Shown here piece after piece: positions 18,877 to 27,754 of a stretch of 64,000 bases of DNA (the stretch's first letter is position 1; each line of letters begins with the position of its first letter). This DNA comes from an uncultured Acidobacteriota bacterium (GTDB lineage: Bacteria > Acidobacteriota > Vicinamibacteria > Vicinamibacterales > 2-12-FULL-66-21). Where the stretch lies: NCBI GenBank assembly GCA_963797715.1, contig CAWCQS010000013.1, positions 350,855 through 414,854 on the forward strand, read 5' to 3'. Under the pieces are notes generated by a model, which was not told where the DNA came from, made no database searches, and saw nothing but the letters and a program-made list of their open reading frames with translations. The translations under genes were made by a program, and so were the position numbers.

Positions 18877-19875
18877 ATGAAGTCGTCGAAGTCGTTTCGG
18901 TCGCAGTGGTTCTGCGCGGTCACGTGTTCGTTCCTGCTGGCGCTGTCCGCGGCGCCCGCATTTGCCGATGTCAAGACCCGCGACAAGGGACAGGTCAAGT
19001 TCGAGGGCATGCTCGGCACGATGATGCGCATGTTTGGCGGCAAGGCCCTCGCCGAAGGCATCGTCTCGACCAGCGCCGTCAAGGGCAATCGCAAAGCCAC
19101 CATCAACGACCTCACCGGCCGCATCGTCGATCTCGGTGAAGAGAAGATTTACGAGCTCGACATGAAGAAGAAGACCTATACGGTCGTCACGTTTGCCGAG
19201 GTGCGGCAAAAGATCCGCGAGGCGCAGGAGCGCGCCGCAAAGGAAGCCAAGGAAGCCAAAGAGGCGCCGAAGGAAGGCGAGCCGGCACAGCCGTCAGCGG
19301 ACGGCAAGCAGGTCGAGTTCGATTTCGACGTCAAGGAAACCGGACAGACGCGCTCGATTGCCGGCTACGACGCCAAACAAGTCATCATGACCGTCACCGT
19401 CCGCGAGAAGGGCAAGACGCTCGAGGAGAGCGGCGGCGTCGTGCTCACTTCTGACTCCTGGCTCGGACCCGAGATCCCTGAGATGAAGGAGTTGGCCGAG
19501 TTCGAGATGAAGTACTGGAAGGCAATCGCGCCCGAAACCGCCCTCGTGTCGGCCGAACAGATGGCGGCCGTCGCAGCGATGTATCCGCTAATCAAGCCGG
19601 CGATGGATCGCCTGAATCAGGAAAAGGGCAGTCTCAAGGGCACGCCGCTCGCCACGACGATGACGTTCGAGGGCGTGAAGAGCAAGGCGCAGCTCGAGCA
19701 GCAGAGCAAGGAGAGCAGCGGCAGCGGGTTGAGCGGCATGCTCGCGCGAAAGATGATGAAGAAGGACGACCGGCCCCGCGCCACGATCTTCACGATGAGC
19801 AACGAGACGCTGGAGATTGCCAAGACCGTCGAGGCCGCCGATATCGACGTGCCAGCGGGATTTAAGGTGAAATAG
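18877..19875 (+). CDS. Secreted hypothetical protein with a Lys/Glu-rich low-complexity segment
   Basis: Signal peptide MKSSKSFRSQWFCAVTCSFLLALSAAPAFA and the segment EAQERAAKEAKEAKEAPKEGE. I am not confident of any family. Confidence 0.55.
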   Translation: MKSSKSFRSQWFCAVTCSFLLALSAAPAFADVKTRDKGQVKFEGMLGTMMRMFGGKALAEGIVSTSAVKGNRKATINDLTGRIVDLGEEKIYELDMKKKTYTVVTFAEVRQKIREAQERAAKEAKEAKEAPKEGEPAQPSADGKQVEFDFDVKETGQTRSIAGYDAKQVIMTVTVREKGKTLEESGGVVLTSDSWLGPEIPEMKELAEFEMKYWKAIAPETALVSAEQMAAVAAMYPLIKPAMDRLNQEKGSLKGTPLATTMTFEGVKSKAQLEQQSKESSGSGLSGMLARKMMKKDDRPRATIFTMSNETLEIAKTVEAADIDVPAGFKVK

Positions 19876-19909
19876 CGCAACGCAATTCTGAATGCCATCC
19901 GGAGGCACC

Positions 19910-21703
19910 ATGAGGCAGCTGCGCAAGTCAGGGGCACAACGGCGTCGGTTTCTCAAGGCGGTGCCTGCCGCCGTCGTTGGCGGCCTGGCGGTCCCCGCCC
20001 TTGCGCAGCAGCCTCCGGAGCAGCCGCGCCGCATCAGCAAAGACACGCTGGAATGTGGTGAAAAGATCTTCGGCGTCGACTTCTCGGACGCTGAGGAGGA
20101 GCAGGCGCTCGCCGGCGTCAACCGCAATCTCGACACGTACGAGCAGCTGCGCGCGATTGAGGTACCGCTCGACACCGAGCCGGCATTCACGTTCAGGCCG
20201 TACCTTCCGGGCAAGAAGCCGAAGGGCGCGTCGACTCCTGGCGCGAAAATGAAGATCGGTCTGCACCCACCGGCAGCCCGCCGATCGTCGCTCGACGATT
20301 TGGCATTTCTGCCGGTCACGGCACTCGCGCCGCTCGTCGAACGTCGTGAGGTCTCCTCCACCGACCTCACGAAGATGTATCTCGAGCGGCTGAAGAAATA
20401 CGGACCGAAGCTCAATTGCGTCGTCACGCTGACCGAGGATCTCGCGCTCGCGCAAGCGGCGCAGGCCGACAAGGAAATCCGCGCCGGCAAATATAAAGGA
20501 CCACTCCACGGGATCCCCTGGGGCGGCAAGGATCTCTTGGCGACGAAAGGGATTCTCACGACGTGGGGCGCGGGACCGTTTCAAAATCAGGTGTTCGACT
20601 ACGATGCGACGGTCGTCGAGCGGCTGCGGGATGCGGGCGCGGTGCTCGTCGCCAAGCTGTCGATGGGCGCCTTGGCGCAGGGCGACCGATGGTTTCGCGG
20701 CCAAACGAAGACGCCCTGGAATCTCGAGAACGGATCGAGTGGCTCTTCGGCGGGACCAGGCTCGGCTACAGCGGCCGGGCTCGTGGGGTTCTCACTCGGC
20801 ACGGAGACGCGCGGCTCGATCATCTCGCCGTCGGCAGTCAACGGTGTGACCGGCCTGCGGCCAACCTACGGCCGCGTCTCGCGCCACGGCGCCATGGCGC
20901 TCAGCTGGACGATGGACAAGATCGGTCCGATGTGCCGATCCGTCGAAGACTGCGCGTTGGTGTTCAACGCGATTTACGGCTCGGACGGGCGCGACGACAC
21001 CGTCGTCGACGCGCCGTTCGTCTGGAACGCCGACGTGCCGCTGTCGAAGCTGCGCATCGGCTATATCAAATCCGAATTCGAGCCCGCAGCAGAAGGTCGT
21101 AGTGGTCGGGGCGATGCCGGCGGCCGCGGCGACGGGCGCGGACGCGGAGGATTGTCACCGGAAGAACAGCGGCGGCGCGCGGAAGAGCGACTGAAGCTCC
21201 TGAACGGTGCGCTCGACGTCTATCGCAACGCGGGCGCAACGCTCAAGCCGATCGAGCTGCCTGAAACCTTGACGGGCTATACGTCAAATCTCGCGTTCGT
21301 GCTGAGCACCGAAGCCGCCGCCGCCTTCGACGACCTGACGCGCGGCCCCGGTATCAAGGACGAGAGCCTGAACACGTGGCCGAACACGTTCAGGACGCAC
21401 CGCTTCGTCCCGGCGGTCGAGTACATCAGGGCGCAGCGCATTCGCACGCTCCTGATGCGCGAGATGGACAAGCTGATGGCGGACTTCGATGTGTTCCTGT
21501 CGTCCACCAACAGCGCCAGCTTGAGCCTGACCAACCTCACCGGCCATCCTGCGGTGGCCGTCCGGGCGGGATTCGTCGCCAACGCGCCGTTGATGCTGAT
21601 GGTGACCGGCCGGCTCTACGACGAAGCGACGCTGTTGAGGGTCGCGCTGGCGCACGAACGCGCGACGAAATGGAATGAGACAACGCCGACCATGCAATCC
21701 TGA
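19910..21703 (+). CDS. Amidase-signature family amidase with a twin-arginine (Tat) signal
   Basis: RRRFLKAVPAAVVGG..ALAQQ Tat-like leader. GIPWGGKDL and NGSSGSSAGPGSATAAG match the amidase signature. There is a Gly/Arg-rich insertion (GRSGRGDAGGRGDGRGRGG). Confidence 0.8.
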   Translation: MRQLRKSGAQRRRFLKAVPAAVVGGLAVPALAQQPPEQPRRISKDTLECGEKIFGVDFSDAEEEQALAGVNRNLDTYEQLRAIEVPLDTEPAFTFRPYLPGKKPKGASTPGAKMKIGLHPPAARRSSLDDLAFLPVTALAPLVERREVSSTDLTKMYLERLKKYGPKLNCVVTLTEDLALAQAAQADKEIRAGKYKGPLHGIPWGGKDLLATKGILTTWGAGPFQNQVFDYDATVVERLRDAGAVLVAKLSMGALAQGDRWFRGQTKTPWNLENGSSGSSAGPGSATAAGLVGFSLGTETRGSIISPSAVNGVTGLRPTYGRVSRHGAMALSWTMDKIGPMCRSVEDCALVFNAIYGSDGRDDTVVDAPFVWNADVPLSKLRIGYIKSEFEPAAEGRSGRGDAGGRGDGRGRGGLSPEEQRRRAEERLKLLNGALDVYRNAGATLKPIELPETLTGYTSNLAFVLSTEAAAAFDDLTRGPGIKDESLNTWPNTFRTHRFVPAVEYIRAQRIRTLLMREMDKLMADFDVFLSSTNSASLSLTNLTGHPAVAVRAGFVANAPLMLMVTGRLYDEATLLRVALAHERATKWNETTPTMQS

Positions 21704-21716
21704 ATGCTGAATTCTC
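21696..21716. repeat. Three heptamer units (aatcctg aatgctg aattctc) bridging two convergent stop codons
   Basis: Read directly. It belongs to the same CTGAATG family as 14587-14678 and 42612-42645. Confidence 0.55.
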
Positions 21717-23614
21717 TACCGGCGCTCCGCCTTCACGAGCGCCGTGAGCGCCCGTCCCTGCTCGAAGTCGCCAAGGTGCTCGGCGGTGGTGACATAAACG
21801 TCGCGCGCTTCGCCCGACAATTTGTGCGTCGTGACGACGGTCTGCAGGACCTGTCCCGTTTCGAAGCTGCTGCCCATGGCCTGCGCCGCGCGCAGCACGG
21901 CGACGACTGTTTCCGGCGTCAGATTCGGCCGCTTTGCCACCGCCTGGAGCACCCGCCCACGCTCGAATGACGAATCGATCGTCGACACGGCGGCGAAAAA
22001 CGGCGTTCGCAGCGGACCATCAACCGGCTGCAGCTTCGCGACCTCCAGGAGGAACGAGGCCTGCTCGAAGTCGGACCCGATCGACACCGACGGATCGAGC
22101 ATGATCGCCAGCGTCTCAGGCGTGGGATCGGCCTTCACCACTGCGGTGACGACGCGGCGACGCTCGAAGTCGCTCGTGACCGTCGCCAGCGCCTTGAGAA
22201 ACACCGGGCGCGTGCGCGCGTCGAGCGGCTGAACCTTCGCAATCTGTTCGAGCAGCGACGCCTCCTCGAAGTCCGAGTCGATCGACGTGCTCGCCTCGAG
22301 CACGCCGGCCAAGATCTCGGGCGATACCGGCCCGCGCTGGAGCGCCGCTGACAGCGCGCCGCGCATCTCGAAATCCGACTCGATGCTGCGCGCCGCGGCA
22401 AAGTAGGCGCGCCGCGTGGTGTCGTCGGCCAGAAGGTGCGTTGACGACTTCAGCAGGCTGGCCAGCTCAAAATCTGAATCTATCTGCCGTCCGGCCTGCT
22501 CGAGCACCTGCGCGACCGTCGCCGGATCGAGCCGGTTCTTCAGCAGCTCGGTGAAGTAGATGCGCTTGGCCCAGCTCCCCTCGATCAGGTTGATCTCGGC
22601 AAGTACGCCCGTGACGCCCTTCGCCTTGAAGATGCGCGCAACACGGCTCTCGGCCCCAAACCCAGTCTGCCGGATGACCTTCGGCAACATCTGCGACAGC
22701 CACGCTTTGCCCTCGGGGACAAAGGGCTTTTCGCTCCGGCCATCCCAGTAACGCCGCTCGATCGTCCCTGACCCGTCGGCTCTGAATTCGACAGCCCGCG
22801 AACTAACCCAACCCCTCTCGCGTATCCGCATGAACGCGCCGGGCGACATCGTCTTGACGTCGCTGTCGTCGTCTGTGAACTCGATCGAACCCTCGTAGCG
22901 GACCTCGAGCTTCTGCTTGCCGTCCGACCACATGAAGTTCCCGTTCGACTGCGACCGCTCGAATCCATACGGCGGCGCGGGTGGCGTCGGCGGAGTTGGC
23001 GGCGTCGGAGGCGTCGGCGGCGTCGGGGGTGCCGGCGGCGGCTCTGCTGCGACCGGCGTCGGCGGCGTGGGTGGAGTCGGGGGCGTTGGCGGTGTCGGAG
23101 GCGTGGGTGGCGTTGGCGGTGCGGGTGGCACCGGCGGCGTCGACCATGTGAACTGATCGAGCACTTCGGCAACGAATGAGGCGACGGCCTGGCCGACGGC
23201 AATCGTCGGGGTCGCGACCGGCGCGGCGGCTTCACTCCGAACAGTATTCGCTCGAGCAACGACTGGAGCCGCTTCACTTGCCGTCGTAGCCGGGCGCGCC
23301 GGCGCTGCCGGCGCCGTCACAGGCGCGGCATTGATCGCCGTTGAAACTTCCGGCGCCATTTCCTGCGTGACCGGCACAGCGTCGGATGCGTCCGCCGACT
23401 CGACGACCGCGTTCTGGCCGATCGCGCCGGCAGCAATACCGGCGATCAGGACGACAGCAGGACCGCCCGCAAGCCAGCCCGGTCCGCGGCCGGCGTGCGA
23501 TGGGGCTCCGAGCAAGCCGGCGCACGCGCAGCAGCAGCGATCCGCCGTTGGCCGCAAGCGCCAGCGGCGCCGAGTCGCCGCGCAATTCTTCGAGATCGGC
23601 GAGCGCCTTCGCAT
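21716..23614 (-). CDS. C-terminal portion of a BlaR1-like M56 signal transducer: TM segment, Ala/Pro-rich region, Pro/Thr linker, beta-rich module and eight ~34-aa SDFE repeats
   Basis: The frame joins the M56 fragment near 23515 (..GGSLLLRVRRL | LGAPSHAGRGPGWLAGGPAVVLIAG..). The first ~30 codons of the track ORF are out-of-frame overlap. Confidence 0.7.
   Translation of the reverse strand: MRRRSPISKNCAATRRRWRLRPTADRCCCACAGLLGAPSHAGRGPGWLAGGPAVVLIAGIAAGAIGQNAVVESADASDAVPVTQEMAPEVSTAINAAPVTAPAAPARPATTASEAAPVVARANTVRSEAAAPVATPTIAVGQAVASFVAEVLDQFTWSTPPVPPAPPTPPTPPTPPTPPTPPTPPTPVAAEPPPAPPTPPTPPTPPTPPTPPAPPYGFERSQSNGNFMWSDGKQKLEVRYEGSIEFTDDDSDVKTMSPGAFMRIRERGWVSSRAVEFRADGSGTIERRYWDGRSEKPFVPEGKAWLSQMLPKVIRQTGFGAESRVARIFKAKGVTGVLAEINLIEGSWAKRIYFTELLKNRLDPATVAQVLEQAGRQIDSDFELASLLKSSTHLLADDTTRRAYFAAARSIESDFEMRGALSAALQRGPVSPEILAGVLEASTSIDSDFEEASLLEQIAKVQPLDARTRPVFLKALATVTSDFERRRVVTAVVKADPTPETLAIMLDPSVSIGSDFEQASFLLEVAKLQPVDGPLRTPFFAAVSTIDSSFERGRVLQAVAKRPNLTPETVVAVLRAAQAMGSSFETGQVLQTVVTTHKLSGEARDVYVTTAEHLGDFEQGRALTALVKAERR
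22970..23139 (-). repeat. Coding low-complexity repeat: two blocks of (PPT)n separated by VAAEPPPA
   Basis: Translation PPVPPAPPTPPTPPTPPTPPTPPTPPTPVAAEPPPAPPTPPTPPTPPTPPTPPAPP. The underlying DNA is a 9-nt-period GGCGGYGTS repeat. Confidence 0.85.
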
Positions 23615-24461
23615 AGGCGTACGGATCGCCGCACAAGCTGACCGCGAGATCGTCGCAGCAGTTCTCGCGCTCGATCCGAATCCGCCGCGAGAGCCACCAC
23701 ACCGCGGGGTGATAGAAGAGGAGCGTCTCGACGAGCGTCTGCAGCAGGTTGACCAGATAGTCGTGACGCCGGATGTGCGCGAGCTCGTGCGCGAGGATTG
23801 CCTCGATCTGCTGCGGTGCCATGCCGGCGAGGGCGCTCGCCGGCATCAGCACGACCGGCCGCAACCAGCCGACGACCGTCGGCACTTCCACCAGTGCCGA
23901 TTCGAGGAAGCGGATCGGACGGGCGATGTGCAACTGCTTGGAGAGCCGGACGGCGGTCTGCCGCCAGCCATTTGCGGCGGGCGATGTGCCGCGCGACTTC
24001 AGCCGTTGCACCCATGCCCATCCAACCAGCAACCGCATCGTCAGAATGGCCACCCCGGACAACCACACCAGGAACACGAGGCGCAGCCAATTCTCGCCAT
24101 TGCTGGTCCGAATTGTCGTATCAGCGGCGATGAACGGCACGGCGGGTCCGATGTCGGCCGCTTCGGCCGGTCGTGCCACCGGATCGAACGGCACCGAGGT
24201 AAGGGGCTGGCTCGCTGTCGGCAGCCGGTCGTCCGTAATCGTGCGCCAGGTCTGCACGGCTGTGACCGTCGGCATCGTCAACATCAGCGCCAGCCCGATC
24301 GTGGCGACGACGTAGCGAACATCGGCGGCGCTGCGCCTGAGCGCGACGAGCGCGATGGCCGACAGGAGCCCGACAAGCGCGCCCTGCCAAACGAACTGAA
24401 GGAGCGCCCACCCGATCGCCTGTGCCGCCGGCTGCTGGAACAGTTGCTCAATCGCGGTCAT
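23274..24461 (-). CDS. BlaR1-like M56 family metallopeptidase/signal transducer, N-terminal fragment (genuine to about 23515)
   Basis: HELAHIRRHD (HExxH), multi-TM N-terminus MTAIEQLFQQP.., and a position directly downstream of a BlaI-type repressor (14-nt overlap). After ..RVRRLA the frame turns into Arg/Cys junk. Confidence 0.8.
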   Translation of the reverse strand: MTAIEQLFQQPAAQAIGWALLQFVWQGALVGLLSAIALVALRRSAADVRYVVATIGLALMLTMPTVTAVQTWRTITDDRLPTASQPLTSVPFDPVARPAEAADIGPAVPFIAADTTIRTSNGENWLRLVFLVWLSGVAILTMRLLVGWAWVQRLKSRGTSPAANGWRQTAVRLSKQLHIARPIRFLESALVEVPTVVGWLRPVVLMPASALAGMAPQQIEAILAHELAHIRRHDYLVNLLQTLVETLLFYHPAVWWLSRRIRIERENCCDDLAVSLCGDPYAYAKALADLEELRGDSAPLALAANGGSLLLRVRRLARSPIARRPRTGLACGRSCCRPDRRYCCRRDRPERGRRVGGRIRRCAGHAGNGAGSFNGDQCRACDGAGSAGAPGYDGK

Positions 24462-24876
24462 CACGAACCTCCCGATCGCTGTCGATTCCACTGTCTCGTG
24501 CGCCGTCCTTGCCGCGCTCGAGCATCTGCCTGATTTCCGCGAGCTCGTCCGACGAGGCGCGCTTGGTCGCGAGGGCCTGCAGGACGAGCTTCGACGACGA
24601 GCCGCCGAACGCGCGATCGAGCAGGTCGCGAATCAGCTGCCGCTGGGTCTGCTCTTCGCTCAGCTTTGAGTGATAGACGTGCGTGCGGTCGGATTCGTCG
24701 CGTCGAACGAGCCCTTTTTCCGTCATGATCTGCAACAGCTTGAGCGCCGTCGTATAGGCGGTCGGCCGCTCGCGCGACATGACATCGTGCACCTGGCGCA
24801 CGGTGCTCGGACCGAGCTGCCAGAGCACGCGCAGTATCGAGAGCTCGGCGTCTGTGGGGCGTGGAGTCTTGGACAT
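24448..24876 (-). CDS. BlaI/MecI/CopY family transcriptional repressor
   Basis: N-terminal winged helix PTDAELSILRVLWQLGPSTVRQVHDVM..TTALKLLQIMTEKGLV, about 140 aa, upstream of the M56 gene. Confidence 0.85.
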   Translation of the reverse strand: MSKTPRPTDAELSILRVLWQLGPSTVRQVHDVMSRERPTAYTTALKLLQIMTEKGLVRRDESDRTHVYHSKLSEEQTQRQLIRDLLDRAFGGSSSKLVLQALATKRASSDELAEIRQMLERGKDGARDSGIDSDREVRDDRD

Positions 24877-24923
24877 AGGGTCGACCGAAACGGCCGGCCG
24901 AGGCCGGATCCGACGAATGCCCT

Positions 24924-24966
24924 AGTCTACGAAGTTCTTCGTCGATGTCAACGAAGAACTTCGTAG
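24924..24966 (-). promoter_or_regulatory. Putative blaI promoter embedded in a perfect 16-nt inverted repeat (likely BlaI operator)
   Basis: The minus strand reads CTACGAAGTTCTTCGT-TGACATCG-ACGAAGAACTTCGTAG-ACT. That gives -35 TTGACA (plus 24946-24951), a 16-nt spacer and -10 TAGACT (plus 24924-24929). The arms 24927-24942 and 24951-24966 are exact reverse complements. The site is about 50-90 nt upstream of ATG 24876. Confidence 0.65.
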
Positions 24967-25141
24967 TCGAGGTGCGAAAAGGGGGCCTGCCGCACGGATC
25001 AGGCGAAAGGACGGGCAAAAACGCCCGGCCGGAGACAGGGAGAAGGGATATCTCCGGCGCGGAACGCTCCGCCCGCCCTCCGCGCCACCGCGAAGAAACA
25101 GGCCCTGCACCTTAGACGACAGGTGCGCCATTTTTGTTGGC

Positions 25142-25147
25142 TATAAT
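25142..25147 (+). promoter_or_regulatory. Possible -10 box TATAAT upstream of the cyclophilin gene
   Basis: Consensus hexamer 48 nt upstream of ATG 25195. A good SD (AAGGAG) sits 6 nt before the ATG. I saw no convincing -35. Confidence 0.35.
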
Positions 25148-25194
25148 CCTTGGCTGATTGGCAGCCGGGCGTTGACGTCCGGGAAGGAGCGCCC

Positions 25195-25716
25195 ATGGAG
25201 CCAGGAATCTACGCAAAGTTCGATACGACCGAGGGGTCGTTTACCATCCGACTCTTCGATAAGGAGGCCCCGAACACCGTGGCCAACTTCGTCGGCCTTG
25301 CCGAGGGCACGAAGGAGTGGCGACACCCCGGAACCGGCGAGAAGCAAACGGCCCCCTACTACGACGGCATCATCTTTCACCGTGTCATCGAGGGCTTCAT
25401 GATCCAGGGTGGCGACCCGCTCGGCCAGGGCACCGGCGGACCGGGCTACAACTTCGGGGACGAATTCCACCCGTCGCGCCGCCACGACAAGGCGGGAATC
25501 CTGTCGATGGCCAATGCCGGCCCTGGCACCAACGGCAGCCAGTTCTTTATTACGCTCGGGCCGACGCCGCACCTCAACAACAAGCACTCCGTCTTCGGCG
25601 AGGTTGTCTCGGGCCTCGACGTCGTCAAGAAGATCGGATCGGTACCAACGGGCCGGCAGGATCGTCCGATCACGCCGGTCGTCATGAACAAGGTGACTAT
25701 CGAGCGGGTGTCCTAG
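25195..25716 (+). CDS. Peptidyl-prolyl cis-trans isomerase, cyclophilin type
   Basis: FHRVIEGFMIQGGDP, GPGTNGSQFFIT and NNKHSVFGEV. Confidence 0.9.
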   Translation: MEPGIYAKFDTTEGSFTIRLFDKEAPNTVANFVGLAEGTKEWRHPGTGEKQTAPYYDGIIFHRVIEGFMIQGGDPLGQGTGGPGYNFGDEFHPSRRHDKAGILSMANAGPGTNGSQFFITLGPTPHLNNKHSVFGEVVSGLDVVKKIGSVPTGRQDRPITPVVMNKVTIERVS

Positions 25717-25717
25717 C

Positions 25718-26248
25718 GTGGCGGATGACCGGCAGTCACTCGATTCGCTGCTGCCGGTCGTCTACCAGGAACTGCGGCGGCTCGCGGCTGGCTACCTGCG
25801 CCGCGAGCGTCCAGGACAGACACTTCAGCCCACCGGTCTCGTCCACGAGGCATACCTTCGTCTCATGAAGGATCGGCCGGATCGCTGGCAGAATCGCGCG
25901 CACTTCTGCGCGATTGCCGCGCACTCGATGCGGCAGATCCTCATCGAACGCGCGCGGGCGCGCGGCGCGCTGAAGCGTGGCGGCGCCGACCGGCGCGTCA
26001 CGCTCGACGAGGCCCTTGTTGCCGGCGGTGAACAATCGTTCGACATCCTCGCGCTCGACGCCGCACTCGAAAAGCTGGCGGCGCTCGACGCCGAACAGGC
26101 CCGGCTCGTGGAGCTCAGGTTCTTCGGCGGCCTCACGGTCGAGGAAACCGCCGAAGCCATGTCGATTTCGCCGGCCACGGTGAAGCGGCACTGGGCGATC
26201 GCGCGCGCCTGGCTCGCCCGCGAGTTGGAGGGCAACTCGCAAACGTGA
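25718..26248 (+). CDS. ECF-type sigma-70 family factor of the kinase-associated subgroup
   Basis: LLPVVYQELRRLAAGYL..TLQPTGLVHEAYLRL (region 2) and TVEETAEAMSISPATVKRHWAIARAWL (region 4). GTG start. The stop overlaps the next gene start (GTGA). Confidence 0.8.
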   Translation: MADDRQSLDSLLPVVYQELRRLAAGYLRRERPGQTLQPTGLVHEAYLRLMKDRPDRWQNRAHFCAIAAHSMRQILIERARARGALKRGGADRRVTLDEALVAGGEQSFDILALDAALEKLAALDAEQARLVELRFFGGLTVEETAEAMSISPATVKRHWAIARAWLARELEGNSQT

Positions 26249-27702
26249 ACCAGGACCGCTGGCGGCAGGTCAACTCGCTTTTTCATCAGGCGCTCGACCT
26301 CGACGCCGCGGCCCGCGACGCGCTGCTTCGCCAGACCGCCGACACCGACCCCGAACTCGCGGCGGAGGTGCGATCCCTCCTTGCGCGCCACAGTCAGGAC
26401 TCCAATTTCCTCGAAGTGCCGGCATGGTCGGTTGCGGCGGATCTCGTCGCGGACGAGGGGCCGGCGCGGATTGGTCAGCGGATCGGCCCGTACACGATTC
26501 TCGAAGAGTTGGGCCGCGGCGGCATGGGCGTCGTGTACGCGGCCCGCGACGAGAGGCTTGGCCGCACCGTTGCGCTCAAGGCGCTTCCGCCCGAGTACAC
26601 GCGCAATCGTCGCCACCGCGAACGGCTCGCGCAGGAAGCACGGGCGGCGGCGGCGTTTACGCACGAGGCCATCGCCACCGTCTTCGCGCTCGAGGAGATC
26701 GACGGCGAACTCTACATCGCGTCGGAGCTGGTGCATGGACAGACGCTCCGCACAGAGCTCGCGGGCGGGCCGGTACCGGTCAATCGCCTGATCCCGACCC
26801 TCATCGACATTGCCTCCGGCCTCGCCGCTGCTCATGCCAAAAAGATCGTCCATCGCGATCTCAAACCGGAGAACTTGATGCGGCGGACAGACGGTCACAT
26901 CAAGATCCTCGATTTCGGCCTGGCCCGCATCGACGAACCCGACGTGTCGACGCGCACCAAGTTGACGAAAACGGGCACGGCGCCGGGCACGCCGGGTTAC
27001 ATGGCACCGGAGCAACTCGCTGGCGCCCCGATCGACGGCCGCACCGACATCTTCTCGTTCGGCGTGGTGGCGTTGGAACTCGCAACCGGCGAGCATCCGT
27101 TGGGGTCGAACCCGGCGCTGAGGGTCGCACAGATGATGGAGGAACGTGCGTCGCTGCCGCAGCAACTTCCCAATCCGGCGCTCAGGCACATCATTCGCCG
27201 GTGCCTGAAGGTCTCGCCGGCCGACCGGTACGAGACGGCCGACCAGCTGCTCGAGGATCTCCAGAAGTTGCGGCTGGCAACAGGCGGCGTCCTCACCGAC
27301 GGCTGGTGGTGGTGGCGATTCCACCAGGGGATGATGACGGCCGTCGACGTCGCGACGCCGATCCTGGCGTGGGCGGCCCGAGGCGAGCTCGCGGCGCCGT
27401 TTCGAACGCAGTTCTTCCTCGCTGTCCTCGCGCTTGCGACCGCCGCAGTCACGCTGCGATTGAATCTCCTCTTCACGGCACGGGTTCACCCGACAACGCT
27501 CGGCAGCCACCGCGCGCGGTTGTCCCGGTGGATCGCAGGTTCGGAAGCAGGCATCGCGGCGCTGCTTCTCGGCGCCGCCGCAGCGATCGCCGAAACGCGG
27601 CCAGTAACCGCCGCCGTCCTCGTCAGCCTGGCCATCGTGATGCTGGCATCGCTGGCGCTGATCGAGCCGGAGACTGCGCGCGGGGCGCGCCTCGATACCT
27701 AG
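26245..27702 (+). CDS. Ser/Thr protein kinase with C-terminal TM helices, coupled to the ECF sigma factor
   Basis: GRGGMGVVYAARD..VALK, HRDLKPENLM, DFGLAR and GTPGYMAPEQ. The N-terminal WRQVNSLFHQALDL..ELAAEVRSLLARH is typical of sigma-linked kinases. Confidence 0.85.
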   Translation: MNQDRWRQVNSLFHQALDLDAAARDALLRQTADTDPELAAEVRSLLARHSQDSNFLEVPAWSVAADLVADEGPARIGQRIGPYTILEELGRGGMGVVYAARDERLGRTVALKALPPEYTRNRRHRERLAQEARAAAAFTHEAIATVFALEEIDGELYIASELVHGQTLRTELAGGPVPVNRLIPTLIDIASGLAAAHAKKIVHRDLKPENLMRRTDGHIKILDFGLARIDEPDVSTRTKLTKTGTAPGTPGYMAPEQLAGAPIDGRTDIFSFGVVALELATGEHPLGSNPALRVAQMMEERASLPQQLPNPALRHIIRRCLKVSPADRYETADQLLEDLQKLRLATGGVLTDGWWWWRFHQGMMTAVDVATPILAWAARGELAAPFRTQFFLAVLALATAAVTLRLNLLFTARVHPTTLGSHRARLSRWIAGSEAGIAALLLGAAAAIAETRPVTAAVLVSLAIVMLASLALIEPETARGARLDT

Positions 27703-27754
27703 CGGCGGCGGAACACACGCGATATTCGCGACGAATCCCTGTAGAATGTGAGCA

